64,000 bases of DNA from an uncultured bacterium (GTDB lineage: Bacteria; Babelota; Babeliae; Babelales; Babelaceae), in the NCBI GenBank assembly GCA_963819815.1, contig CAWFXL010000001.1:832001-896000 (forward strand), in the 5' to 3' direction. Made by a program: the position numbers and the translations under genes. The notes beneath the pieces are model-generated. The model was given only the letters and a program-made list of their open reading frames with translations, did not search any database and was not told where the DNA came from. This document shows, in pieces, positions 1-10,127 of this stretch. Positions within the stretch are counted from its first letter, which is position 1; every line of letters begins with the position of its first letter.

Positions 1-1
1 T

Positions 2-251
2 TCAGTCCTCTCTTCTTTTCCTCAAGACCATATCGTCATCTCAGCCGATACAGGTTATGTAAAACCCGATCGTAAGATCTACTACCTGGCTTCTCACACA
101 CAAGCATCTTGACCCTGCATCCTGTCTCTTTTTTGACGATCAACTTGAAAACATTGAAGCCGCTGCATCGGTGGGCATTGAAGGTCTTCATATCCAAAGA
201 GATCGCTTGGGGCCAGTCAAAGAAGAGTTAGAAAGACGCGGTCTCATCTGA
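2..251 (+). CDS. HAD-family phosphatase, 3' part (5' end outside window), with an apparent +1 frameshift near 83
   Basis: Frame 2 reads ..IVISADTGYVKPDRKIY; frame 3 continues TWLLTHKHLDPASCLFFDDQLENIEAAASVGIEGLH..LI* (HAD motifs KP and FFDD..EN). Confidence 0.7.
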
Positions 252-452
252 AGAAAAATACTCACTCTACTTTCAGGAAAGCCTTCAGCCACGTCATATC
301 ATCTCCTAAAGCAATCTCCTTATGATGCCTTGGGAGCATACATGGTAACTTTTTCACTGCACGGAGGTACCACCACAGGCAAACGATCTTCCTGGTCTAA
401 GTGAGCATAGTATGCTATACTTATACGTATCATTCATAACTTTGGGTAGTAC

Positions 453-1538
453 ATGCTAGTCGATGACCTCCGCGAAAAAATTAAATCCGTTGAACCAGAC
501 CTTCAGGTCATTAAAACCTTCTGGGAGCAGTCACCTTTTGAAAAGGAATATGATCGCCTACAAAAAGTAACGACTGAAGAGAACTTCTGGCAAAACCCTC
601 AACAAATAGAGCTTATGAAGGAGCTACAAAAGGTTAAGACTCTGCGTGAGCAGTATATAACCCTCATGCATACAGCCATTGAACTTCCAGAGCTCCTCGA
701 GTTATTTGCAAATGATGAACAAGAGATTATAAAGATTAAAGATGAGGTGTATAGTTGGGCACGGGGAGTTACTCGATTTAAGATTAACCTCCTTCTTCAA
801 GATGAAGTGGATGCCCACAACTGCTTTTTCAGCATCAACTCAGGCGCGGGAGGAACCGAATCGCAAGACTGGGCCGAGATTCTTCTTCGTATGTACATAA
901 GATTCTGTGAGCGAGAGAGCTTTCAGGTAGCTATTACCGATTACCAGGCAGGAGAAACTGCCGGTATAAAGTCCGCGACACTGTTTATCAAAGGCAAAAA
1001 TGCCTACGGTTTTCTGAAAGGTGAAGCAGGAGTTCATAGACTCGTACGAATCTCACCCTATGATGCAAGTAAAAGGCGCCATACTTCATTTGCTGCGGTA
1101 ACCGTCGTCCCTGAAATTCCTACTGAACAAATCACTATCGATCCTAAAGATCTGAGAATAGATACCTACCGTGCAGGTGGAGCTGGAGGTCAGCATGTCA
1201 ATAAGACTGACTCAGCAGTACGTATCACCCATCTTCCTACCAATATCGTTGTGCAATGCCAAAGTGAACGTTCGCAACTTCAAAATAAAGAAACTGCAAT
1301 GAAAATGCTTATGGCTAAGCTTGTACAAAAAGAAAAAGATGAACAAAAGGCTCGAGAAGACTCTATTGAAAGAAAAAAAATCGAATGGGGCTCTCAGATA
1401 CGATCTTACATCCTTCACCCCTATAAAATGGTCAAGGACCATCGCACTGATTGGGAGTCTCCTCAACCAGAGTTGGTACTTGATGGCGATCTTATGGAAT
1501 GCATTGAGGTAAACCTCGTTCGCATGCAAACTCAATAG
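453..1538 (+). CDS. prfB: Peptide chain release factor 2
   Basis: GAGGTESQDW, GGAGGQHVN (GGQ), SPY at the RF2 SPF position, WGSQIRSY. Continuous ORF without a frameshift. Confidence 0.97.
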   Translation: MLVDDLREKIKSVEPDLQVIKTFWEQSPFEKEYDRLQKVTTEENFWQNPQQIELMKELQKVKTLREQYITLMHTAIELPELLELFANDEQEIIKIKDEVYSWARGVTRFKINLLLQDEVDAHNCFFSINSGAGGTESQDWAEILLRMYIRFCERESFQVAITDYQAGETAGIKSATLFIKGKNAYGFLKGEAGVHRLVRISPYDASKRRHTSFAAVTVVPEIPTEQITIDPKDLRIDTYRAGGAGGQHVNKTDSAVRITHLPTNIVVQCQSERSQLQNKETAMKMLMAKLVQKEKDEQKAREDSIERKKIEWGSQIRSYILHPYKMVKDHRTDWESPQPELVLDGDLMECIEVNLVRMQTQ

Positions 1539-1615
1539 CACCCATTTTACATATGATTCGGTTACTGTTAGGCTAATACTATAACTCTTACCCTCTCTAC
1601 AGAAAGGAATAATCT

Positions 1616-2578
1616 ATGAACCGTTTTATTGCTCAGAGTTCATTCGTTCTCTCCCTATTAATAGTCAGTTTACCCTATGCCTCGGCTATTCAGAAAGCTG
1701 GATCTGTTGCTCAGGAAGTTGATTATTTTAAAAAGGGACAAGAGTTTGGAAAAATGGTACGCGAAGCAGCCACACAACAAATTGAGTCGCTAGCTGGTTT
1801 TGGAGATAAAGAACTTATCCGTCTACAAAATACTCTCTATAATGAAGGTACATCAACAGAAGCTCATAAAATTGCCTTTAAACACTATCAGACTTACTTT
1901 AAAGGTGTAAAAGAGGCTCTTTCAAGTTATATTCCCTCGCAAAATACTGACCCTTTAAGCCTAACGATGAACTATGGCATTAAAATGCATCAGGACATTG
2001 CAGACGCTATTATAACAGCTCCTGATATGGCAACAGTTCGAACAAGCCTTGGGGTCATCGTGTCTAAAGCTATGCAGGATGCAACTAAGCTTGCACCAAA
2101 GATTCCCCAGGTAAACTTTACCCTTAATACTAATCACCCCTATTATAAAGAGGGTTACGCTATTGGGAAAACATCCTGTGAATGGATGGTCCTTGAAGCT
2201 CAAGGAAAACCGACATCTGAGGATGACCAAGTTGCCCTACAAAAAAGAATGCTTGCCTTTATGACAAACTCATCTCAGCCAGGTACTCCTCAAGAGGAAG
2301 CCATAGCTGCATCCTTGCAATATATAAGCGGTATGAAAAAAGCCCTTGAAGAATTAGATCTTGAAGCAACGATCACACGCTATAAGCCCTCTAAAGAGCG
2401 AGCTGAAAAGTTGAGAGTTGGCTATAAACTTGCTATTGATATGGCACAAAACCTCTTCGAATCGATGCAAAATCCTCAAAAAGGATTCGATAGCATTGGT
2501 GAATCTTTCAAAGAAGCTGCAGCCGATATGAACAGACTAGAGGCAGCAGATACAAACAGACCACAGAAAGCAGCGTAG
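1616..2578 (+). CDS. Secreted hypothetical protein with two copies of a helical domain
   Basis: Signal peptide ending ASA; AGGA RBS; internal repeat YFKKGQEFGK..YFKGVKEAL versus YYKEGYAIGK..YISGMKKAL. Confidence 0.85.
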   Translation: MNRFIAQSSFVLSLLIVSLPYASAIQKAGSVAQEVDYFKKGQEFGKMVREAATQQIESLAGFGDKELIRLQNTLYNEGTSTEAHKIAFKHYQTYFKGVKEALSSYIPSQNTDPLSLTMNYGIKMHQDIADAIITAPDMATVRTSLGVIVSKAMQDATKLAPKIPQVNFTLNTNHPYYKEGYAIGKTSCEWMVLEAQGKPTSEDDQVALQKRMLAFMTNSSQPGTPQEEAIAASLQYISGMKKALEELDLEATITRYKPSKERAEKLRVGYKLAIDMAQNLFESMQNPQKGFDSIGESFKEAAADMNRLEAADTNRPQKAA

Positions 2579-2594
2579 TTTTACAAGATCTCGT

Positions 2595-2627
2595 AAGAAG
2601 GTATCCGTTTGGGTACCTTCTTTTTTT
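2595..2627 (+). terminator. Intrinsic terminator
   Basis: AAGAAGGTATCC-GTTT-GGGTACCTTCTT plus T-run, just after the stop at 2578. Confidence 0.85.
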
Positions 2628-2746
2628 ACCCTATGATTTTAGGAATGACTTACATCTGTAGCAAAAGCTTCCTTCTTCAGCTAGAAAAAAACCAGTGTCT
2701 ATGATGAATTAGAAGTCGATTCCAGGCTATAGCGCACTCAACCGAA

Positions 2747-4409
2747 CTACAGAAATGCTCGTGCAAGCATCCAAAGGGAGTTTGAAGCATACACGCCTGA
2801 CCAGAAAGGATAGTATTCCTCTTTATCTTTAAAGAGATAGGTAGAGAGTCCACCAAGAACAAGCATCATAGTGTAGGAAATTGGCATAAGGATACCACCA
2901 AGAAGCAATGCAGGACTTACTTTGGTATATGAAATGAGATGACCAAAGAGCAACCCAAAAAGAAGAGCCCCCACATCAAAGCTTTTTACCGAAATTAAAA
3001 ACGCCCTACTTGCAGCACGTGTCGCTGCTAAGTTCCCCACCTCATTACCTAACCCAAAATGGTTGATAAAAAGCCAAAAGATTCCTCCAATTACCAGGAC
3101 ACTGACAAGCAGACCTAACCACTGCGATGTCACAATAGCCTTTCTACTTATAGAGGCAAGATGGGCCATCTTTCTTCCAAAGAGAGCATCGCAAGCCACC
3201 CCACCTGCAACTTCAACATACAGCGCTACCAAGGTGATTTGTAGGGGGGTATACCCAAAAATCAGTAGGCCCGGCACCATAACAAAGGTGGCAAAACGAC
3301 CCATAGGCGCAAGCCCGAATTTACCGGCAATGATCATAAGCTGGTAAGTACACACCGCCGTAAAGAGAATCAGATACACCTGTGCAAGAAGCGAGAATTG
3401 CAGATAGGTAAGCACTAAGGCATTAAGTATGAGTACACAGCCCGTGAGCAACCATGGAATGGCCTTGCTCTCGCTCTTAGGACCTTTATTAAGTAGCTTA
3501 TGATAGGTAGCTTTCAATACCTTAGGCAGCTCTGAGAATCCTAGTATTGCTCCGTAAAGTACTAACCCACTTGAGAATGCAAGGGTAAAGTCCATAAGTG
3601 AGAGCTCCTTAGGAACGTAGGATACTCCTAAAGAGAGAACCTATTCCATGGGTATATACAAAGGAATAGATTACTGGGTAATAATAATGCAAAGGATCGA
3701 TAACTAACAGCTTGGAAAGGACCCCTACTAGTAAAGGGATAGCAATTACGTGGCCGGTTACAAACCCAATCGCCCAAAACATTGGTATCTGGTCTGCAGG
3801 CATCCCCAATGAGGGTATAGTAAATGGGCCCCAAGAAGAGCTAGAAAGCAACGTAAGGGGTCGAGAGGCATAGGCAGTAAGGGTAAGAAGACCTAAATAC
3901 AGCTGAGTCCCTATAAAGCCACAGGCAAGCATCAGTGCCCTTCCAGCATTGTCGGCAGCCGTCATCATTTTATAGACAAGGTCACCTATAGGAAACGCTA
4001 ACCCTTGCTCATCAAGGAGGCTCTTTTCAAAGTACTGTGCGAGCAGTAAGCCAAAGGCGCCGGCAGCTCCAGCAGAAAGACTCACCAGTAAAGCAAACTT
4101 ATAGGGAGTGGTAAGCAAAGCATTGAATTCTGCAGGTTCAAGGAAGTAATAGGTAGGGAAGGCAAAGCCACACCCCACCGCTAGAATGCCCCCAATTCCT
4201 CCCGCAGCCACCACCAACCCAAGGGCCTTTGTTCGCTGTTCAGTGCTATACCACCGGTGAGCAGCATAGAAAATAAGCATACCAAAGAGCACAAGGGTCG
4301 TTTCTATCCAGGGACCGATCGCCGTGGCCATAGAAATATAGCTCATTATGGCCGTAGCACCTATCGTAAGCAGAATAGCAACGGGTACAATTAGTAGTAG
4401 CATAGACAC
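2747..4409 (-). CDS. OPT-family oligopeptide transporter-like membrane protein, split into 3609-4409 and 2747-3595 by one extra base near 3630
   Basis: Polytopic TM pattern with LAFPIG and GKFGLAPM motifs. Removing one T from CTCTTTAGGA fuses the ORFs (..GSLLGVSYVPKELSLMDF..). Confidence 0.7.
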
Positions 4410-4636
4410 CTCTAGCTAAGCGTAAACCAAACAAAAGGGAAGGTAAAGTTGAACCATCTTAGAGAAACCACAAATATGTAGCTACGATTTAGCACCACTC
4501 AATCAACGCTTAATGCTAAATTGAAATATTTTACATAAAATTCTTGATTTTTCTTTTTGGAAAGTGACATACTTAGAATTGTATAAGCGCTTATAGGTGT
4601 ATAATATAAACAACAATAACTTTCCAAGGAGAAGGT

Positions 4637-5074
4637 ATGAATAAACTACTATTGGCCGCATTAGCTGGCCTCCTAACTGTGGGAGCTATGGAAGCTCGTT
4701 TTGGTCGTAACGGCGGCGGATGTTGCCCAACTCGTTCATGCGAAACCTCATGTGCTCGTCCATGTGGACGTTCATGCGAACGTTCATGCAAACCAGCTTG
4801 TGGACCTTCATTAAAGCCACCTGTCTGTTGCAAAACAATCGAAGTTCCACGAACAATCATGGAAACTAAGGTAATTGAAATTGCAGCGGAAGAAGTGAGA
4901 ACGCCAAACCCTGACCGTATTGTGCGTCATCCACAACCATGCGAAAAAGTACAAGTACCACTTCCAGTGTGTTATCGCACAGAATTGAGACCTGTACCTG
5001 ATGAAATCGAGTACATAAAAGTACCTGATACAATCAGCTACCGTTGCCCAGCAGACTGCGAAGTCAGAGGCTAA
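4637..5074 (+). CDS. Secreted Cys-rich protein (CxxxC repeats plus V/P-rich tail)
   Basis: Signal peptide; GGAG RBS; CCPTRSCETSCARPCGRSCERSCKPAC; followed by a strong terminator. Confidence 0.85.
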   Translation: MNKLLLAALAGLLTVGAMEARFGRNGGGCCPTRSCETSCARPCGRSCERSCKPACGPSLKPPVCCKTIEVPRTIMETKVIEIAAEEVRTPNPDRIVRHPQPCEKVQVPLPVCYRTELRPVPDEIEYIKVPDTISYRCPADCEVRG

Positions 5075-5120
5075 GAAAAAGTAGCACATTGATTACTCAA
5101 TAGCGAAATTCTCTATACTC

Positions 5121-5155
5121 AAGCTCCCCAATTCAATGAATTGGGGAGCTTTTTT
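5121..5155 (+). terminator. Intrinsic terminator
   Basis: AAGCTCCCCAATTCA-A-TGAATTGGGGAGCTT plus TTTT. Confidence 0.9.
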
Positions 5156-5299
5156 GGTATAAAACTAATAGAAAAGTCGAGCGGGTCTTAGCTGCTTGCA
5201 TATATAACTGATCAAAACTAGCAGAACAAAGAGCTCCTTAGTAATACAAACATCCCTTGAAAGGACATAGATGGCTAAGAAAAATTGATTGGGGAGGGT

Positions 5300-5554
5300 T
5301 TAACGTACGAGAAAATTCCCTGACCATCCCTCATTGTCTTTGCAGACAAGGGCGCAAGAAATACTCTTTAATTTAATCTGGTTTGAGCAGATACAATCAA
5401 CTCCATCATCCGTCAGAGCCATAGTACCAGAGTCAATTCCACAAATTCCACATTCAGGTCTTACGACTGAATGATCGTTACAGACACACCTGATATCTTT
5501 TGCCTTAATGGAACCAAGAGATAGAAGTGTAAAGAGAAAAAAATACCTTATCAT
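5300..5554 (-). CDS. Small secreted Cys-rich protein
   Basis: Signal peptide ending IKA; 8 Cys in two CxC..CxxC/CxxxC modules; AAGGA RBS. Confidence 0.75.
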   Translation of the reverse strand: MIRYFFLFTLLSLGSIKAKDIRCVCNDHSVVRPECGICGIDSGTMALTDDGVDCICSNQIKLKSISCALVCKDNEGWSGNFLVR

Positions 5555-5760
5555 ACAACTTCCTTATAGTTATAGTATCAGTTATTGTTAGTATACCCAA
5601 AAACATTTCACATAGGCAATGGTTTTATGGGATAAGTTTTCTATAAGAAAAATGCTTGGAGCCTCTATTTCTAAAGCAGCATGCATCTGCCGTGTGGTGC
5701 CCGGTAATTGCCAGGCCCTTAGATTCACGTTATGTGAGAGTGAGAAAAAATACTAGATTT

Positions 5761-6093
5761 TCAAAACTCAGGTATCAGACCACCTGCAAGAAAGTGCATA
5801 TGCAGATGAAATACCCGCTGGCCAGCTTTATAACCATTATTAATGACAAGCCTATACTCCTCTGCTCCAGGAATATTTGCAGATAAAGTACGAGCCATAG
5901 AAAAAAGAGCACACGTAAGGGGACAGTCAGATGCCGACTGCAGATCTTTATAATGAACTTTGGGAATAATTAAATAATGGATAGCCGTCTTAGGGAAAAT
6001 ATCCTTAATAACAATAAGGGTATCATTCTCGGCCACTACTTCTGCAATCACTTCACGAGCTATAATCCTACAGAATATACAATCAGTTTCCAT
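5761..6093 (-). CDS. hinT: HIT-family nucleotide-binding protein
   Basis: CIFCRII N-terminus and AGQRVFHLHMH histidine triad. Confidence 0.92.
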   Translation of the reverse strand: METDCIFCRIIAREVIAEVVAENDTLIVIKDIFPKTAIHYLIIPKVHYKDLQSASDCPLTCALFSMARTLSANIPGAEEYRLVINNGYKAGQRVFHLHMHFLAGGLIPEF

Positions 6094-6116
6094 ATACTAC
6101 CCCCTACAAACAATTT

Positions 6117-6203
6117 TGGTGCCGGAGGTCGGACTCGAACCGACATGGTATTGCTACCGCGGGATTTTGAGTCCCGTGCGTCTACCAATTTCGCCACCCC
6201 GGC
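6117..6203 (-). tRNA. tRNA-Leu(CAA)
   Basis: Reverse complement GCCGGGGTGGCGAAATTGGTAGACGC..CTCAAAA..GTTCGAGTC..CCGGCACCA; long variable arm; encoded CCA. Confidence 0.97.
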
Positions 6204-6292
6204 ATTACTATGCAATGTAGCAGGTATTAGGGCTTAAGGCAAGATGGTAGAAGATGCCTGAGAGGCATTAATCAGAGTTTATCTACTGGAGC

Positions 6293-7339
6293 TTATATTT
6301 TGATAATCATAACTGATATATTGTCAGAGCTCTCAAGATCATGTGCATTGTCGCGCAATGCTCGAGCTACAAGACGTAACCTTTCATCCGAGCCAGCTTC
6401 TTCTGCATGCTCATCAGCAGGTGTTTGCGCTTCACCATACCAGGTCCGTAGAAAATCTATCGGCCAGTGCATACGATCGGTAATGAATTTGACAACTTCT
6501 TCATTGGTCATAACATCCCAGAGCCCATCACAAGCAAGGACTATATAGTCTCCTTCAGCTACAGGTGTAACCACAATATCGGGTACTGCAGTAATCATGG
6601 GCTGTTTCACTTTGCAGACCCTATCTCCTAAAGTCCGTGAAATCGCTAATGGTCCAATGCGAGCTGGTCCTAGTTTAAGAAGTTTTTGTCCTGGCTCAAG
6701 TGGCGCAGGGTTATGTAAAGGCCTATATACGATAGCATTGAGTCCATCAGCATTTCTAATAATTTGAGTACGCATAACATTCTCCACACCTATCCGCTCA
6801 AGCTCTAGAGGACTGTCTGGCTTATGGTCTATAGTTGCCATTTTAAGTGTGGGCTCTTGCTTTGGTGACACATGAGAAAATATGAGTCCACGTGAGTCAC
6901 CCACCCAGGCAAGATACACACTCTCATCAACAACAAGTCCAATCAGGGCCGTTGTTCCTTGTTTTGAATACTTCAATTGAAGAGCTTGATCTACTAGTAG
7001 GCAGCTCTGCTTCAATCCTTCCTTAAAGACCTCATCAAGTATTCCGGGAGTGCCCGCAGCAGGTATTTCATTTTTTACGTAGGTCGCAAAAAGCGAAGGG
7101 AAGTGCTCAGCAACGTGCTTTGAAGCATGAGGTCCCCCGTGTCCATCAAATAGTCCAAAGCAGGGATATGTTGTGCCCGGACTAATTTCGATCATCTCAT
7201 GAAAGAAGGCATCTTCCATAGTTTCCCGATCACCTTGCCTATCACTAAAACCCCACTCTATAATCGATGGCTTAGTCATAGCCCCCACAAAGCCTCTAGA
7301 CAAGACTATCAGAAGAATGCCGAGTATTTTTTTGATCAT
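6293..7339 (-). CDS. PP2C/PPM-family Ser/Thr phosphatase with signal peptide
   Basis: RETMEDA, FDGHGG, GTTA, VGDSR, DHKP, LAISRTLGD, ACDGLWD and DNISV motifs. Start re-set to MIKKILG. Confidence 0.93.
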   Translation of the reverse strand: MIKKILGILLIVLSRGFVGAMTKPSIIEWGFSDRQGDRETMEDAFFHEMIEISPGTTYPCFGLFDGHGGPHASKHVAEHFPSLFATYVKNEIPAAGTPGILDEVFKEGLKQSCLLVDQALQLKYSKQGTTALIGLVVDESVYLAWVGDSRGLIFSHVSPKQEPTLKMATIDHKPDSPLELERIGVENVMRTQIIRNADGLNAIVYRPLHNPAPLEPGQKLLKLGPARIGPLAISRTLGDRVCKVKQPMITAVPDIVVTPVAEGDYIVLACDGLWDVMTNEEVVKFITDRMHWPIDFLRTWYGEAQTPADEHAEEAGSDERLRLVARALRDNAHDLESSDNISVMIIKI

Positions 7340-7476
7340 TTCTATTTCCCCTATGTAAGAAGCTGAAATTTCATCCCCATAAATTATTTTCAATGTGTAT
7401 TTATTCTATCATAGATTTTTCAATCTGGCAAGTGGTCTTATCTAATGAGCGGATCATGCATAGCTGCAGTTCGCTG

Positions 7477-8655
7477 TCAGCAAAGCACCGATGAAAACTC
7501 TAAAAGAGGCATATATATTCCGTAGATGAGGCACCCTATAAGGACAGCTAAAACAAGAAGTAATGTAGGATTTGCATACATAGTTATCAAATGAAGGCGC
7601 TCATAGAGCTTCTTCTCAATACTGTCAGAAGCATGTAGCATTAGGGTACTTACACATCCTGACACCTCTCCCAGTGCAAGAAGCCCCTCAATTTCAGGAT
7701 CTGAAAAATATGACGCATGCCATGCTTGCGTAAAAGTCTCTCCCCGCTCAACAGCCTTTTTAAGCTGAGAGAGCTCTCTTCGATACAGATCATGAAAGGT
7801 CAGAGCTTCAGAAGCCTCTAGAGCCCTAGTTAAAGGAACCTGCTGAGCAAGCAGAATACCCAGGACCTTCAAGGTGCGTGCCTTCATAAAAGAGCGGTGA
7901 AAGGAGCCAATTATCGGCATATATTCAATCACGATCTCTATCATTTCTTTTCCACGACGAGTTGCATAGAGTATACGAAGACACCCAATCATAGCTACAA
8001 TGGCAGCAGCTCCATACCCTACAAGCTTTAAAGTCATATAAGAGCTCAGTCCCATAAGCCATGAGGTTACCCAAGGCATTGGCATATGATTAAGCTCAAA
8101 AAAACGGCCAAATTGAGGGATTATCCAGGTAAACATACCTAACATAACCACACAAAAAAAGCATAACGTCAGCAAAGGCATACTGAGAGCACGTTTTATT
8201 TTGCTTACTGATAGCGCCATTTCTGCACGGTATGAGACAATTTCCTTAAGAAGTGGTCCTAAAGTCCCCGTCGACTCCCCCACCCCAATCAATGCACGAG
8301 AAAGAGGATCGAGAATCTGAGCTTCTTCAAGAACCTCTGTTAACGTAGCGCCCTGGGCAATATGTCGACTAAGCGAATCAAGTAGCAAGACGTGATCAGA
8401 AGATGCCCACGAAGCCTTCATGGTACAGAGAGATTCATATAAGGGAATATGGGCCGAAAGCAACGATGCGAGCTGTGCAAAGAATGCATCTTTTTGACGA
8501 GAAGTAAAAATGCTCCGCTTTGCTACACTCGCCTGAATAAGTCCAAGTGATTTTTTACTGAGATATTCCTGCACCTCATCTACCGAGAATGCATAGAACC
8601 TACCATGATGCTCAACTCCCTCTTGATCAACAGCTCGCCAAACATATAAAGGCAT
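7477..8655 (-). CDS. pilC: Type II secretion F / PilC platform protein
   Basis: Two T2SSF repeats (QLASLLSAHIPL, VGESTGTL, LGEVSG); N-terminus MPLYVWRAVDQEG. Confidence 0.88.
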   Translation of the reverse strand: MPLYVWRAVDQEGVEHHGRFYAFSVDEVQEYLSKKSLGLIQASVAKRSIFTSRQKDAFFAQLASLLSAHIPLYESLCTMKASWASSDHVLLLDSLSRHIAQGATLTEVLEEAQILDPLSRALIGVGESTGTLGPLLKEIVSYRAEMALSVSKIKRALSMPLLTLCFFCVVMLGMFTWIIPQFGRFFELNHMPMPWVTSWLMGLSSYMTLKLVGYGAAAIVAMIGCLRILYATRRGKEMIEIVIEYMPIIGSFHRSFMKARTLKVLGILLAQQVPLTRALEASEALTFHDLYRRELSQLKKAVERGETFTQAWHASYFSDPEIEGLLALGEVSGCVSTLMLHASDSIEKKLYERLHLITMYANPTLLLVLAVLIGCLIYGIYMPLLEFSSVLC

Positions 8656-8662
8656 AGGTATC

Positions 8663-8962
8663 CTAGACGTGAGGAAGTTTCGTCTGAATCGCAAGTCCTA
8701 GCTTAGACAACATTTCATCGAAGGACAAGGGAATCTCAAGGAGTATTTTCTTGTTACGCGATGTTGCACCCGCAATAATCGTAACCGCTGACTGGGTGCA
8801 TCCGAGCGATTGCGCCAAAAGCTTACAGAGCTCCTTATTAGCTTTCCCGTCTTCAGGAGGGCTTTTCAAAAAGGCCTTGAGTCTTCCCGATTTATCGAGC
8901 ACAAGGGCCGATTTTCCTGAGCTGGGTACAACTTTTATCTCAATGATCAACGAGGTAGGCAA
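8663..8962 (-). CDS. DUF167 / YggU-family protein
   Basis: IKVVPSS, PPEDGKANKEL, GATSRNK. Confidence 0.9.
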   Translation of the reverse strand: MPTSLIIEIKVVPSSGKSALVLDKSGRLKAFLKSPPEDGKANKELCKLLAQSLGCTQSAVTIIAGATSRNKKILLEIPLSFDEMLSKLGLAIQTKLPHV

Positions 8963-9110
8963 CGAAATTCCTTTGATATTCTTCGGTTTGTTGTCATTTT
9001 TTCTTAATTTTATATACTCTTATAAGTAAAGTCTTTTGTCTAGACTCTCGTTGCTCGATACAAAGAGTCCTTCGTGATAAAAGCGTGATACAAGTACACG
9101 TGCTAGTTGT

Positions 9111-9201
9111 GGAGAGATGGCTGAGTGGTCTAAAGCGCTTGCCTGCTAAGCAAGAGTCTCGGAAACGGGGCGCGAGGGTTCGAATCCCTCTCTCTCCACC
9201 A
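9111..9201 (+). tRNA. tRNA-Ser(GCT)
   Basis: GGAGAGATGGCTGAGTGG..CTTGC-CTGCTAA-GCAAG..GGTTCGAATCC..CCA; long variable arm. Confidence 0.97.
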
Positions 9202-9213
9202 GAAATTATCTAT

Positions 9214-9290
9214 GCGCCTATAGCTCAACTGGATAGAGCGTCAGACTACGGATCTGAAGGTTAGAGGTTCGACTCCTCTTAGGCGCACCA
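9214..9290 (+). tRNA. tRNA-Arg(ACG)
   Basis: GCGCCTATAGCTCAACTGGATAGAGC..CTACGGA..GGTTCGACTCC..GGCGCACCA. Confidence 0.97.
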
Positions 9291-9361
9291 ATTTCTTCCA
9301 CCTATAAATGCTGATCAATGCCGCTACATCATGTTAGACTCTCTTCTCACCCTTACTCCCA

Positions 9362-10117
9362 TCAGTCTTGCTGAGCAAGCTTTGCATACTCAACCTGACC
9401 AATAAGTTCGTCAGGCTTCAAGCTTTTCTTTTCATGAGCACCATATTGCTTGGTAATCTTCCCATTTTCTAGAATCCACACTTTGTTACCGATACTTAAG
9501 GCAATGTGAGGATCATGCGTTATCAGTAACGTAGTTATTCGGTGTTGTCGAATAAACTGGGTCGCATACTGCAGCAATCGTGTCGCTGCCTGAGGATCAA
9601 GAGCTGCCGTAGGCTCATCAAGCAGGAGAACTTTAGGGATGTGACGCGTTGCCATAACAAAGGCAATAAGCTGCCTTTGCCCACCTGATAATGCATCCAT
9701 CGGTTTTTCTAACAGTGAAGGATGAATACCTAGTGCACCGATAATCTGTTCTGCAAGCTCTTGCGGTAGTACCTGCATACCATCGATCAAGCGCGCTCGC
9801 CGGCGACTATAATGTGCTAACGCAAGATTTTGGGCGACCGTAAGTGAGCCGACTGAATTCAACTGCGTATTTTGAAAAAGACGGGTAATCATGCCGGCAC
9901 GTTGTTGCTCACTCAACATGGTAATATCGGCACCTTCCAATTCTATCGTACCATTCTGAGGTTTTGTTTTCCCAGCAATCGTATTAAAGAACGTGCTTTT
10001 CCCAGCGCCATTAGCGCCCACTATCACCACAAAATCTCCCTCAGTAACCTCACAGGAAAGATCCTGTAAAATATGGTTCTGAGAAAGCCAGACATCAATG
10101 TGTTTAAGTGTTAACAT
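9362..10117 (-). CDS. ABC transporter ATP-binding subunit (putative Trp/Tyr transport system)
   Basis: GANGAGKST, LSGGQRQ, LLLDEPTAALDP, ITHD. Confidence 0.92.
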   Translation of the reverse strand: MLTLKHIDVWLSQNHILQDLSCEVTEGDFVVIVGANGAGKSTFFNTIAGKTKPQNGTIELEGADITMLSEQQRAGMITRLFQNTQLNSVGSLTVAQNLALAHYSRRRARLIDGMQVLPQELAEQIIGALGIHPSLLEKPMDALSGGQRQLIAFVMATRHIPKVLLLDEPTAALDPQAATRLLQYATQFIRQHRITTLLITHDPHIALSIGNKVWILENGKITKQYGAHEKKSLKPDELIGQVEYAKLAQQD

Positions 10118-10127
10118 AACCATTTCC

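Noticed and set aside
5977..6237. ORFs overlapping tRNAs (5977-6237, 13161-13385, 13221-13406)
   Set aside because: Shadow translations of tRNA genes.
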